DNA from: Chiloscyllium plagiosum
Lineage: Eukaryota
Assembly: GCF_004010195.1 (NCBI RefSeq)
Contig: NC_057720.1
Span: forward strand, 9,341,164 to 9,405,163
Reading direction: 5' to 3'
DNA: 64,000 nt
The notes under the pieces are model-generated. The model made no database searches. It was not told the DNA's origin and saw only the letters and a program-made list of their open reading frames with translations. Below, one piece after another: positions 48,143 to 61,339 of the stretch (position 1 is the stretch's first letter; each line of letters starts with the position of its first letter). Both the position numbers and the translations under genes were made by a program.

Positions 48143-48925
48143 NNNNNNNNNNNNNNNNNNNNNNNNNNNNNNNNNNNNNNNNNNNNNNNNNNNNNNNNNN
48201 NNNNNNNNNNNNNNNNNNNNNNNNNNNNNNNNNNNNNNNNNNNNNNNNNNNNNNNNNNNNNNNNNNNNNNNNNNNNNNNNNNNNNNNNNNNNNNNNNNNN
48301 NNNNNNNNNNNNNNNNNNNNNNNNNNNNNNNNNNNNNNNNNNNNNNNNNNNNNNNNNNNNNNNNNNNNNNNNNNNNNNNNNNNNNNNNNNNNNNNNNNNN
48401 NNNNNNNNNNNNNNNNNNNNNNNNNNNNNNNNNNNNNNNNNNNNNNNNNNNNNNNNNNNNNNNNNNNNNNNNNNNNNNNNNNNNNNNNNNNNNNNNNNNN
48501 NNNNNNNNNNNNNNNNNNNNNNNNNNNNNNNNNNNNNNNNNNNNNNNNNNNNNNNNNNNNNNNNNNNNNNNNNNNNNNNNNNNNNNNNNNNNNNNNNNNN
48601 NNNNNNNNNNNNNNNNNNNNNNNNNNNNNNNNNNNNNNNNNNNNNNNNNNNNNNNNNNNNNNNNNNNNNNNNNNNNNNNNNNNNNNNNNNNNNNNNNNNN
48701 NNNNNNNNNNNNNNNNNNNNNNNNNNNNNNNNNNNNNNNNNNNNNNNNNNNNNNNNNNNNNNNNNNNNNNNNNNNNNNNNNNNNNNNNNNNNNNNNNNNN
48801 NNNNNNNNNNNNNNNNNNNNNNNNNNNNNNNNNNNNNNNNNNNNNNNNNNNNNNNNNNNNNNNNNNNNNNNNNNNNNNNNNNNNNNNNNNNNNNNNNNNN
48901 NNNNNNNNNNNNNNNNNNNNNNNNN
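48143..48925. other. Assembly gap (N run)
   Basis: Direct inspection. Confidence 1.
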
Positions 48926-50299
48926 TTCAATTTCTCCATTAGTCTACCATGGGAAATCTTATCAAACGCCTTAATAAAGTCCATGTATACCACATCTACC
49001 GCTTTCCCCTCATCAACCTCCTTCGTCACCTTTTCAAAGAATTCAATAAGGTTTGTGAGGCACGACTTGCCCTTCACAAAACCATGCTGACTATCCTTGA
49101 TCACATTATTCCTATCCAGATGTGCATAACTCCTATCCCTTACAATTCTCTCTAAGACTTTGCCCACAACAGAAGTGAGACTCACCGGCCTATAGTTACT
49201 AGGGTTATCCCTACTCCCCTTTTTGAACAAGGGTACCACATTTGCTATCCTCCAGTCTTCTGGGACTACTCCTGTAGACAAAGAGGACATAAAAATCAAG
49301 GCCAATGGCTCTGCAATCTCCTCCCTTGCTTCCCAGAGAATCCTAGGATAAATGCCATCAGTCCCAGGGGACTTATCTATTTTCACCTTTTCCAGGATTT
49401 CCAACACCTCTTCTCTACATACCTCAAAGCCATCCATTCTACTGGTTTGTGACTCAGTATTCACATCGACGGCAATGCCCTGTTCCTGAGTAAATACTGA
49501 AGAAAAGTATTCATTCAGTGTCTCCCCAATCTCTTCCGCCTCCACACGCAACTTCCCCCTACTATCCTTGCCTGGACCTATTCCTATCCTAGTCATTCTT
49601 TTATTCCTAACATACCTATAGAAAGCCTTAGGGTTTTCCCTAATCCTATCTACTAAGGACCTTTCATGTCCCCTCCTTGCTGCTTTTAGCTCTCTCTTCA
49701 GGTCCTTCCTGGCTACCCTATAACTCTCAATCGCCCCAATTGAACCTTCACGTCTCATCTTGAGATAGGCCGCCCTCTTCCATTTAACAAGGGATTCCAA
49801 TTCCTTATTAAACCACGGCTCCCTCGCACGACCCTTTCCTTCCTGCCTGACAGGTACATAATTATCAAGGAAATCTGGTAGTTTGACCAATTTAATTGCA
49901 TCTGGAACACAACACCTAACATTTACCTTTAAAATAAAAAAAGTTTGAGTCTGGACTATCTTCTGAATATATTGACGGGTTCGTTCAAGTTCATAAAAGT
50001 CTCCTTTCAGTAATGTTTAAAATTTAATTTCTTAACTACCTGACTTGGTATGAACTGATGATTTACAATTTTGTAAAAACACTATAGTTGCCAAGTTGCT
50101 ATGGGCTTTCCCCCTACTTTTCAATGGAGCAGGGTACTATCTGTAATGTGGCAAGTCAGTCCACACTAACAGATAGAGGTCCAAGCCACTTGTTCTACTT
50201 GGCTGGCTATACCACAACATTCCTTGCAGATGACCAGTAATGGTGGGAATCCATAGCCAGAAATATTGGTGACCTCGTAGTGAGTTTGCTTTTAAAGTT

Positions 50300-51430
50300 A
50301 TCTGTGGGATGTGGGCATGATTGACAAGGACACTATTTAATACCCAGGCTTAATTGCTCTTGAGAATGTGGCGGTGTTGTGCTCTATTCTTGAACCACTT
50401 TAGTGCGAGGGATGTGGGTACACCCTCAGTGTTGTTAGGAAGGGAGTGCCAGGATTTGACCCAGTGACAGTGAAGGATAAAGTTCCAAGTCAGGATGGTG
50501 TGTGGTTTGGAAGGAAGCATGCAGGAACTTGGAGTCATAGAGTCATAGTGATGTACAGCATGGAAACAAACCCTTCGGTCCAACTCATCCATGCCAACCA
50601 GATATCAAAAATTAATCTAGTTCCATTTGAACCCTCTGAACCCTTCCTATTCATATGGCTATCCAGATGCCTTTTAAATGTAATTGTACCACTTCCTCGG
50701 GCAGCTCATTCCATACACACACCACCCTCTACGTGAAAATGTTGCCCCTTAGGTCCCTTTTATATCTTTCTCACCCTAAATCTATGCGCTCTAGTACTGG
50801 ACACCCCCACCCCAGGGGATAGACCTTGTCAATTTACCCTATCAATGCCCTTCATGATTTTAAAAACCTCTATGAGGTCACCCCTCAGCCTCCGATGCTC
50901 CAGGAAAACCAGCCCCAGCTTATTAAACCTGTCCTTATAGCTCAAACCTTCTAACTTAAGCTACATCCTTGTAAATCTTTTCTGAGTCCTTCCAGATTTC
51001 ACAGCATCCTTCTGATTGGAAGTGGTGTCCCCATGAATCTGCTGTCTTTATCTTTCTAGATGGTAGCGGTCACATGGTCAGAAGATGCCATTGGAGGAGC
51101 CTTGACAACATGCTGAAGTTCATTTTATGTTTTAATTCACTCTGGATATCACTGGCTGGGCCCATTAGGGACACTGCCCGTCCATGATTGCTCTTGAGAA
51201 GGTGGTGGTGAGCTGCCTTCTTGAACCATTGCTGTCTTGTAAGTGGTGCTCACTATGGGCCATCGTGGTTGATGGTGAATGTTTGAGGAGATCTATGGGG
51301 TGCTGATCAAAAGAGCTGTTCTCTCTTTGGTGGGGACCTTTAGAACAGCACTCCTCAGGGCAACCAGGGAGTATTCCATTACAGTCATGGATTTGTGCTT
51401 TGTGGACAGTGGAGGGCTTGAGGGGGCATG
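50300..51430 (-). mobile_element. LINE family B 3' fragments interrupted by a CR1 3' end (~50535-51018)
   Basis: KSWHSLPNNTEGVPT..FKNRAQH peptide. The CR1 (CTATGACT)n tail is at 50533-50548. Confidence 0.75.
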
Positions 51431-54085
51431 GTCACAGAGGTAAAAACCAGTAAAAATAGTGAATGGTAAATACTGGTCTGAGTCAAATTTATATATGAAT
51501 CAAAATGGAGCACCAGTATTATTTCTAAGTGTTAAAATTTGTACTTCTGCTTTCCCCCTCTGGGTGATGAAATTCTTGTTGTATGGTTTTCATAACCTGA
51601 CCTTCAATTGCAGTCAGATAATTATGAATGGCTTGACCAGTTAATCTGGAGGTCTGTACACTGATGAGCAGTCAGGGAAAACAAGCTTTTGTATATGCGA
51701 TTAATCTAAGCAACACCAGTAGTTTATCATATTGCGGTTCACGGAATTGCTTGCAAAAGGCAAAATATAAAAGAAAGTCTCAATGAAAACTGAACCCATC
51801 AGTTGCTAAATTGTAGTCACTCAGAGCGGTTCATATCACTAGAGATTAAACGGCAATTCAATGGAGAGGCTACATTTTTGTCTCTCAGTGGAGATGTGAT
51901 TCAAGCAGTGAAATATTGACTATAGATTTATTTCCCACAGGATAAGTCATTGTCCTCTTCCTTCCTGACTCCATACCATTTAACTTCGGCACTGAGATAG
52001 ATGGGGAAGGATTTGGCTGAAAAATGTCCACACCCCTCTCTAGGTTAGGGTTCCCATTATGAGGACCACAGGGACATCGCACTGTCTTGGACGCTATTTT
52101 ACATAGGAACGCAGGAATTAGGAGCAGGAGTCGGCAATCCAGCCCTTCGAGCTGTCTCCACCATTTGACATTATCATGGCTGATCTTATCCTGGTCTCAA
52201 CTCTACTTGCCTGACTGCTGCCCATAGCCCTTCCCATCAGAAACATCTCTATTTCTTTCTTGAATCTGTTGATTGATTCTGCCTCCACTGCACTCTGGAT
52301 CAGGGAATTCCAAAGATTCACAACCCTCTGAGAAAAGTGATTCTCCCCATCTCAATTTTGAACTGACATCCTCCCATTCTATATCTATGCCCTCTTATTT
52401 GAAGCTGTCCCACAGGGGGGACCATCTGTCCTGGCACAGATTCTCTAAATAAAAGAATTGCACCTCCTTGGATAGCCCATAACCACTGGAGAAAATCTGT
52501 TGAGGAGTCAAGAACTTTACAAAATGTACGCATAAAATGTTTTGACCTACTCCAATATCATCATTAGTTGTATTGTAATATTGAGGTATTTTTAATGCAG
52601 TGATTCATCAAAGGGATGTATTCTGCAAAGATGATTTGATCCTTACATTAACCAGCATTGCATAATTGTTGTTACACATTACAATGCTTTCCTAGTTGTC
52701 AAAAGTGTCATACTGCATTAAAAAATGAAAAAAAAGTCTGTCAGCTTATACTATTGTGTTATTTTCTGTGATTGACAGTTCCAGCTATTAAATAAAAAAC
52801 TGCCTTGTAAGTTAAAAAAAAACTCAGCATTTTCTTTTCCACTAATTAACAATCACTGATTTGAAATAGAATGAGTGTGTTCTGTTAGTTTCAGGTAATG
52901 TCGCTGGAAGCCTTAATTGTGATAGCTTTACCCATTATGAATGCCGAGCTGGGTTTTGAAAGGTAATGATGGCTTCTCCTCAACAGGGCACCTTTTGAAA
53001 AAAGAATTATTGATATTTCTAAGCATATGTTTAACAGAATATGATTTATTGTTTGTTATAAAGTTAACAATCATTTAAAGGATCACAATACTTATTGCAC
53101 TGAAGTAGTTATTTTTCCAGTATTAATGAGAGTTGAGTTCAGACTTTTATGAGCTTAGAGGTTTTTCTTTTCAATTACATTACACTAATTTCTATTGCTT
53201 TTTTATGGCTCCTGGATGCATATTTAAGGAGGAAACATGTGAAGATGGAGATTAATAACATAGGAAGGTGAGAACAGGAGTAGGCTATTCAGTCCTTGAA
53301 GCCTGTTCGATCATTCAGTGATATCAAAGCTGAGCTGTGGCCTAACTCCCTATACCGCCCTTTGGCCTATGTCCTTGAATAACCTGTGCTTAACAAAAGT
53401 TTCAGATTTAAAATTAACAACTGAAATAGAATTCGCTGCCGTTTGTGGATGAAAGTTCCAAACAATGACCATCCATTGTCTGTAAACATGCTTGTGAGCA
53501 TCTCTTCTGAACAGTCTGTCCTTGATTCTCAGACTATGTCACCTAGTTCCACAACCAGAAGAACAATAACATGGCAGGGGAAGGGTTGGAAGGGATGTGA
53601 GGTGATGCATGGTACATGATATAGAAGGCATAGACTAGGCTTTCCCAATTCCAAATGGAACCATGAGCTGAGATGCTTCAAGTAATTAAATGATCTGACA
53701 TTGATTTGACAGCGGTTCAGACTGAGGGTTTGGAGGGAGGAGTTGTCAGTTGAGAGGTCTGAAATCCATGTTGATAGATTTTCATTCAGAAAAGCTGACA
53801 GGATCAAGGTGGAGAACTGGAATTAAGTTCAGGTCAGACATGACTTAATTGAATATATCATAACAGATTCAGGAAGTGGAATGCCACACTGCTGTTGCAA
53901 TGTTTAATATCTTGAACACCTAGTCAAGAATATTCCTTTGAATGATACTGTCTGACAATGCATCAGTTGGGTTAATTGTGTCTAACTGCACAAGCCAGAT
54001 GGTCTGGAAAATGGAATTCATAAATGATTTTGAACTGTTTTACCGAATGTTGAACTAAGCCTTTAATAAGGCTAGTTATGATTCA

Positions 54086-54216
54086 ACAGGAGAAAGTGAG
54101 GACTGCAGATGCTGGAGATCAGAGTTAAGAGTGTGGTGCTGGAAAAGCACAGCAGGTCAGGCAGCATCCGCGGGCAGGAAAATCGACATTTCGGGCATAA
54201 GCCCTTCATCAGGAAT
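54086..54216 (-). mobile_element. PLE terminus with hammerhead motif, TSD TTATGATTCA
   Basis: Reverse complement CTGATGA-A-GGGC-TTAT-GCCC-GAAAT-GTC. TTATGATTCA on both sides. Confidence 0.8.
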
Positions 54217-54434
54217 TTTTGATTGATTATGATTCATGTTTCATTCAAGATTGTATTTAATTGAAGTCTAAAATTTGTTCAAAGTAAGAAGTACATAGCA
54301 TCGAGATAGAAAAATAGAACATGTGCACCACACAGCAAGGAGACAGAGAAATGGACAACTGTGCTAACGTGTCTCAATCCCAGCTGCAATTGGGGATTAG
54401 TTCCTCAGAGAGTTGCCGTCATTGATGGCTGTAA

Positions 54435-54820
54435 AGTAAAGTCATCACAGTCCTATTCTTTCACTGGTGAGAGACAACCAATGATAGTTTAACCTGAGAG
54501 TCATCACACCTCAAGCAAGGGGAACGATTGAGAAAGAGAGCCCTTCGTGCCAATATGAGCCAGTGCAGGAACTGAACCAACGGTTGTGTCATAAATCTAC
54601 ATTGCAAATGCCAGCTGTGCAGTCAACTCACCAACTGCCAAGGACCGAAGTCACTATTGCCCCAGGAACACTGATGGTGGCTTAACCTGAGGGTCGCCAT
54701 ACCTCAGGCTTTCATGAGAAGACCTTCACGGCAACCTCAACTACAGCAGGAATTAAACCAACACCATTGGTCTCATTCTGCATCTGAAACCAACCATCCA
54801 ACCAACTGAACTAACCAACA
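54435..54820 (-). mobile_element. Two tandem copies of a further old tRNA-derived SINE (also ~32700-32895)
   Basis: Repeated TTAACCTGAG(A/G)GTC..ACCTCA..GCAGGAA(C/T)T(G/A)AACCAAC..CCAACTG. The reverse complement shows A/B-box-like heads. Confidence 0.55.
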
Positions 54821-55149
54821 TCCATAGGCTAAAAGCCTGCTGAAAGAAAACAAAATCATGAACTTGAGGCTCATGCGTTTTCATGAAAATGTAGAGTAAG
54901 TTTGTGGAGGCTGTTTGTTTCTGAACACACAGAATCTCTTAGCAAACCCTGATTAATAAATGGATAAATGGAAATGTTAATCTTCTGGGGGCTCTGGTGG
55001 ACAAGTTTCTCCCTTTACAAATACGCTCATTCTCATCAACTACAAAACATTCCTGTTCGAGTTGCAAGCATTTTGTTTGAAAGGTCTAAGAAAGCAATAT
55101 ACATGAAGAAAATCGTCACCGGCAATTTTGCTGGTTGGCTGCGAGCAAA

Positions 55150-55710
55150 GGTGTGGAAATTATGAAGGGAATAGATTGGACAGATGCAGGCAGATTGTTT
55201 CCATTTGTGGGTGATACTAGAACTAGGAGGCACAGCTTCAAAATAACGGGGAGCAGATTTAGGACTGAGTTGAGGAGGAACTTCTTCACCCAAAGGGTTG
55301 TGAATCTGTGGAATTCCTTTCCCGGGAAGCAGTGGAGACTACCTCACTGAATATTTTTAAAGCAAAGATCGATAGGCTTTTGAACAGTAAAGGAATTAAA
55401 AGGGATGATGAATGGGCAAGTAAGTGGCGCTGAGTCCATGAAAAGATCAGCCATGATCGTATTAAATGGCAGAGCAGGCTGGATTGGCCAGATGGAGAAA
55501 GTGAGGACTGCAGATGCTGGAGATCAGAGTTGAGAGTGTGATGCTGGAAAAGCGCAGCAGGTCAGGCAGCATGCTGATGAAGGGCTCTTTCCTGAAATGC
55601 CGATTCTCCTGCTCCTTGGATGCTGCCTGACCTGCTGTGCTTTCCCTGCACCACACTCTCGGCTCAATGTGTCAGATGGTCTGCTCCTGCTCCTATTCTT
55701 TATGTTCGAA
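55150..55710 (+). mobile_element. CR1 3' end with a PLE palindrome (~55496-55660) inserted in its tail
   Basis: RTELRRNFFTQRVVNLWNS peptide. The tail resumes CAGATGGTCTGCTCCTGCTCCTAT. Confidence 0.82.
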
Positions 55711-56697
55711 TGTTCTTCAGGAGGTATTTTTGAGTCTGTGGTGACATTGGACCCAAAATGAGCTTGATCCAAGCCACAACATTGATCCATGTCACATTTT
55801 GAATGTGACACCCGCAGTGGACTGACAAAGGGTTTCTCCCACAGGCTAGGAACAGCATGAAAGGGAATTTTTAAGCAGGAATTCAGGGGTAAAGGATGTC
55901 TATAGGAACGATTTGAATGTAAGGTTTCATTGCAAAATGTTATCGACTTTAAGCATGGTGAACCACATGTGATTTAATTCTGTTTGCATTTTCATTCACT
56001 ATATTGGCAACAGTGGATCTGTTGTTCAGAGACAATTCCAGCCTTAGCAACCTGGACCACATTCTGCTGATATCTCTGGACAGTATGCATGTAGGTGTGG
56101 AAAATTAAAATAAATGAAGTCTGTGTTCTAACAATTACGAGAGAAGAGTACACAGGATTATTAGTTTGTAATCTAATGCTCAGAATTATAACCGTGCAGA
56201 AGGAGGCTATTTGGCCTGCTATGTCCATGCTAGCTTTCCAAATGAGCATTTCATCTGCTGCTATTATCTTATCTTTGCCTACAACCCTGCACCAGTCATA
56301 TTTGATAAATAAGAACCAGTACCAACCCCACCCACACCCAACCTCCACCTCCACACATGGTTGTTCAACACCTTAAGCTTAATGCAAGAAAGGCACAAGG
56401 TTAGTGTGCAGGTTCAACAGTAGATCAAGAAAGGTGTTATGTTGTATTGTGAGGGCATTTCACTGCCGTGGGATGGAGGCAATGCTTCAGTAATCAGCAT
56501 CCGAGGAGCAGGAGAATCGACAGGACGCTGCCTGACCTGTTGTGTTTTATTCCAGCGCCACGCTCTCGACTCTGATCTCCAGCATCTGCAGTCCTCACTT
56601 ATCCCTGTGCTTCAGTATTACAGGGCACTGAAATGACTGCATGTGGAGCACTGTGTACAGCACTGGTCACTGTGCTTACAGGGAGGTGCTAATACTT

Positions 56698-57784
56698 TGT
56701 GAGACCCCCTCAAAATATTTGAAGAAAGTAATCTGTACCCTAATGTTTTCTTATTTTAAAGGCAGATGTGTAGTGGATATTCCAGGTGTGATGCAGCTGG
56801 TCAAGCCACTCAGCATTAAGCAAAACAGAATTCAGTGAAACACTACAGTTGAAACATAAACGAAAGAAAATGGAATTTACAATAACTTAACTATTGGAAA
56901 ACTCTAACTGACCCGATACACAACTTAACTAAATAGTTATTCCAATCCAGCAACATCCCCTAAACACAGCCCTTGGCAAAACGGTAAATTCAAACACGGA
57001 TTCTTACAGGCTGGAGGGAACAACATCTAGAGAGAGTCATAGAGTCATAGAGATGTACAGCATGGAAACAGACCCTTTTGTCCAACCCGTCCATGCTGAC
57101 CAGATGTCCCAACCCAATCTAGTCCCACCTGCCAGCACCCGGCCCACATCCCTCCAAACCCTTCCTATTCATGTACCCATCCTAATGCCTCTTAAATGTT
57201 ACAATTGTACCAGCCTCCACCACTTCATTTGGCAGCTCATTCCATACACGTACCACCTTCTGTGTGAAAAGTTGCCCTGTAGATCTCTTTTATATCTTTC
57301 CCCTCTCACCCTAAACCTATGCCCTCTAGTTCTGGACTCCCTGACCCCAGGGAAAAGACTTTGCCTATTTACCCTATCCATGCCCCTCATAATTTTGTAA
57401 ACCTCTATAAGGTCACCCCTCAGCCTCCGACACTCCAGGGAAAACAGCCCCAGCCTGTTCAACCTCTCCCGATAGCTCAAATCCTCCAACCCTGGCAACA
57501 TCCTTGTAAATCTTTTCTGAACCCTTTCAAGTTTCACAACATCTTTCCGATAGGAAGGGGACCAGAATTACACACAATAGATTTCAGAGAAGAAAGTCAG
57601 TCAGGAATCTTCACTGAAGCTTGTAGCCTTCCAGCATCTTGTGACTGCCACAGCTCAACCAAACTAGAAAAAAAACACGAACTGGGAGGACTGGCCACTC
57701 CCCTGCCGTTGTTAAACTAGACTCTTAAGTATCTCTGCCTTGATGACGTCAAAATAATCATTTTAAGGTGACAGCATTGCCACA
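56698..57784 (-). mobile_element. Solo LTR containing a CR1 3' end (57035-57577, -), itself inside an older CR1 (~56600-58260, +)
   Basis: Similar to 2856-3470 and ends ..CAGCATTGCCACA. CR1 ORF at 57199-57537 reads LERVQKRFTRMLPGL. Confidence 0.75.
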
Positions 57785-58659
57785 GCTGGAAGTTCAGAAA
57801 AGGTTTACTGGACTAATACCCAGAATGAGCAGATTGCTTTATGAGGAAAGGCTAGACAGACTGGCCTGACTGCTTTGGAGTTGAGAAGAAGCCGGGTGAC
57901 TTAATTGAAACTTATCAATTTGCCAGGTGGATATGAAGAGAATATTTTCTCTTGTGGGAGAATCCAGAATGAGGGATCGTCATTTAAAAATGAGCGGTCG
58001 CCCATTTAAGACAGAAATACAGAACTTTTTTTTCCCTCATTTGGTTCCGAGTCATTGGATTTCCCTTCCTCAAAAGGCAGTAGATGCAGAATCTTTAAAT
58101 GTTTTTAAGGCAGAGGAAGGTATATTCTTGATGACCAAAGGAATGAAAGATTGATCGGGAATATGCAGGGATGTAGAGTTGAGGTTAAAATCAGCCCAGC
58201 CATGATCTTACTGAACAGCCTCAAAGGGCCGAAAGACCTCCACTTGTTCTTTGTTTGTATGTTTGTGTGAGCCTGTAATGTCTGTTAATGGAAATTATGG
58301 ATTTACCTTGACTCTATCTACCTGTTTAATCTCCATATCCCTTTTATCCATGGATAGGGTTAATTGTTTTTTTAAAATTCTACCCTCTATATCTTCCTTT
58401 TTGTGAAGATGTGATTCTTATCTTCTCTCCCTTGTCTCTGTTTTTAAGCTTAGGTCACCTGGCTTCGACTCCCTCATTAAAACAAAATCTAATCAACTCC
58501 GTCAATCTCGACATCCGAAAGAAATCTCAATCAAGAATTTTGAAACCCTTTGGAGAGAGGGGCTGCAATGGAGATTTCACAAGAATGAAACGGGGCGTGA
58601 GGGTTATTAGTAAAGGGAGAGAAGGTAGGACTCTTCCCCTTAGACTTTTTAAAGTGTCA

Positions 58660-59140
58660 GAAAAGATTTACAAGGATGTTGCTTAAGTTGGAAGGTTTGA
58701 GCCATTGGGAGAGGTTGAAAAGACTGGAGCTGTTTTCCCTGGAGTGTCGGAGGCTGAGGGGGTGACCTTAGAGAGGTTTATAAAATCATGAGGGGCACGA
58801 ATAAGGTGAATAGCCAAGGTCTTTTCCTCAGAGTAGGGGAGTCCAAAACTGGAGGGCAGAGGTTTAAAGTGAGAGGGAAAAGATTTAAAAGAGACCTGAG
58901 GGATAAAACGTTCATGCAGAGGGTGGTGCGTGTATGGAGTGAGCTGCCAGAGGAAGTGGTTCATGCTGGTACAATTACAGCATTTAAAAGGTATCTGGAT
59001 GGGCATATGAATAGGAAGGGTTTAGAGGGATATGGCCAAATGCCAGCAAATGGAACTCGATTAAGTTGAGATATCTGGTCGGCATGGACAAGTTGGACCG
59101 AAGGGTCTGTTTCCATGCTATACGGTTCGATGACATTATG
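58660..59140 (+). mobile_element. CR1 LINE 3' end
   Basis: RVVRVWSELPEEVVHAGTITAFKRYLDGHMNRKGLEGYG. Confidence 0.9.
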
Positions 59141-60494
59141 AGTCCAGAGGAAGGTGAGGAGAGAATTAATAGGGGTGTTCAATATTAAGAAAGAATTTGA
59201 TGGGGCAAGGAGGGAAAAGTTTCTTCCACTTGCAAGAGAGAACTCAAAAATGGCAACAACACCAGAATGGAGTTGAGGATGATATGTTTAAGCAAAAGAG
59301 CTGTAATGATTTAAAATGCACAATGTGAAAAGGTCATAGAACCAAATTTGGTGTGACTTATCAAAGACAATTGAATAATTAGTTAAAAAGGAAACATTTT
59401 GGGGCTACACTGAAGTGGCAGTAATTAATTAAATAATCAATCTTACAATCACTGGCACATTCACGATGAGCAGAGTCGTGCATTTCTCTGCTCGATCCTA
59501 TCATTCTGTGCGTAACAGTGAAAATAATGTATTCCTCTCGACAAGTCAAAGTTGTTATAATATTCCTTTGAAATAAAAAAAGGTGCTGTCAGCATTTAAT
59601 ATATTCTACTTTTCTACTATCTTCTTTAATGAAGACAGTGCTAAGACTGATTTGTAACACTTGGCTTGTCCCATGTTAATTGCTGGTCTCTATTTAAAGG
59701 TGGGGTTAAAGCTTTCTTCCAGTAACTAATAAGTCCCAAAATAGCAAGCACATCAAAATGCGTTATGGTCAGATGTTTATCAGATGTCATCTACAAATGT
59801 CCTTCGAAGCAAACTGCTTGTCTTAGTTGTCTGTTTATCACCATTTTATGTCAGCCTTCAAGGAGCAATTACACGAGAATCTGAATTGGGGAGCGAGAGG
59901 AAAAAATAACATCATTGATCCACAGTGAGAGGCTGTCAAAAGACCTAGGGTTCTAAAAATGGGAGCTTATATATCTTGTTAAAATATATGCAAATTATCC
60001 TTTATTTCTGCTCCTGTAGTTCCAACAAGCACACCAAAGCATTTCACTAAATGTCTCCAAATTAAAGAGCCATCGGCTGATTCCCTATGTCAGGAATTTG
60101 CAAGCAGCCACAGAAAGCGTAGAAATAGAAAGAGGCCATTTGGCCCAGAACTGTGTGCTCACCCTCTTAAAACAAAAACTCCAATCTATTTCCAAATTTC
60201 CCTGTAACTATTCTAATTGCCTTTTCTAAAGTCCTTATCTTCAAATGTGATGGATTCTAGTCCCCAAATTCAATGTCCTAATAAGGTAATGTTAAAAGAA
60301 TTGTCTTTCCTTTCCCCTTTGTTCCTCTGCTGGTGACTCCTAGTTATCAACTTGCCAATAAGTGGCAGTTGTTTTATCTCCATGTGCCTCTCATAAACCT
60401 CAAGACTGTGAGATTCACTGAATTGCACTCTGAAAGAGGTGGAACAGACTCAAGGTATTGTTTTCACTTTTAGATTAATATTCTACACACAGCT

Positions 60495-60955
60495 GTAGAG
60501 TCTACAGCACAGTAACAGACACTTTGCTGCAACCAGTCCATGCCAACCATAATCCCAAACTAAACTAGTCCCACCCTCTGCTCCATATCCCTCCAACCGT
60601 TTTTTATTCATATACTTTCTAAGTGTCTTGTAAATATAACTGTTCCCGCATCCTTCAGCAAGTTCATTGCACGTGCAAGCCAGCCTCTCATGTCTTTTAA
60701 AAATCTCTCTCCTCTCACCTTAAAAATATGCCCCCGAGTCTCGACATCACCCACCAAGGGAAATCTCACCTCCCATTAACCCTATCTGTACCCCAAATGA
60801 TTTTTATAAACCTCCATAAGGTCATCGCTCAACCTCTTACACTCCAGTGAAAAATGTCCCAGCTTATCCAGCCTTTCTTTATAACTCCAACTTTCTGTAC
60901 CCGGCAACATCCTGATCAATCTGTTCTGAACCCTCAATAGCTTAATAATATCCTA
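60495..60955 (-). mobile_element. Diverged CR1 3' end
   Basis: Similar to 11470-11950. Confidence 0.75.
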
Positions 60956-61339
60956 AGATCATGTGATCATAAGGCATAGGAGCAGAAGTAGGCCATTCAG
61001 CCCATCAAGTCTGCTCCACCATTCAATGAGATCTTGGCTGATCTGGTCATCCTCCACTCCACTTTCCTACCTTTCCTCTACAACTCTTGGTTCCCTTACT
61101 AATTACAAAACTATCTCAACCTTAAGAAAACAAACTCGACAGCCCTCTTTGGTAAAGAATTCCAGAGATACACACCTTCAAAGGGAAGAAATTCCACCTC
61201 ATCTCCTTCTTATATGGGCAAACCATTGTTTTGAGATTATACACTCTGGTCCAACAGCTGGACACTTCTGCCTTTGAAAAGAGCTGAAACGCATGGTGAA
61301 GTTTTCACTTGATAGTACAGATCGTGAATATTCCTGAAA

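Larger units (their letters stand above)
47625..49875 (-). mobile_element. Young CR1 LINE, 5'-truncated, spanning an assembly gap
   Basis: Open frame over 48926-49890 with EPWFNKE, KSPGTDGIYPRIL, NYRPVSLTSVVGK and DFIKAFDKISH. CR1 C-terminus and tail lie left of the gap. Confidence 0.93.
47382..49998 (+). mobile_element. Solo LTR (TSD GTCT) interrupted by a CR1
   Basis: Starts TGTGACAATGCTG and ends TCATAAAA (cf. CATAACA). GTCT at 47378-47381 and 49999-50002. Confidence 0.75.

Noticed and set aside
48058..49890. 610-aa ORF as an intact gene
   Set aside because: About 260 codons are Ns from the gap; the rest is a 5'-truncated CR1 ORF2.
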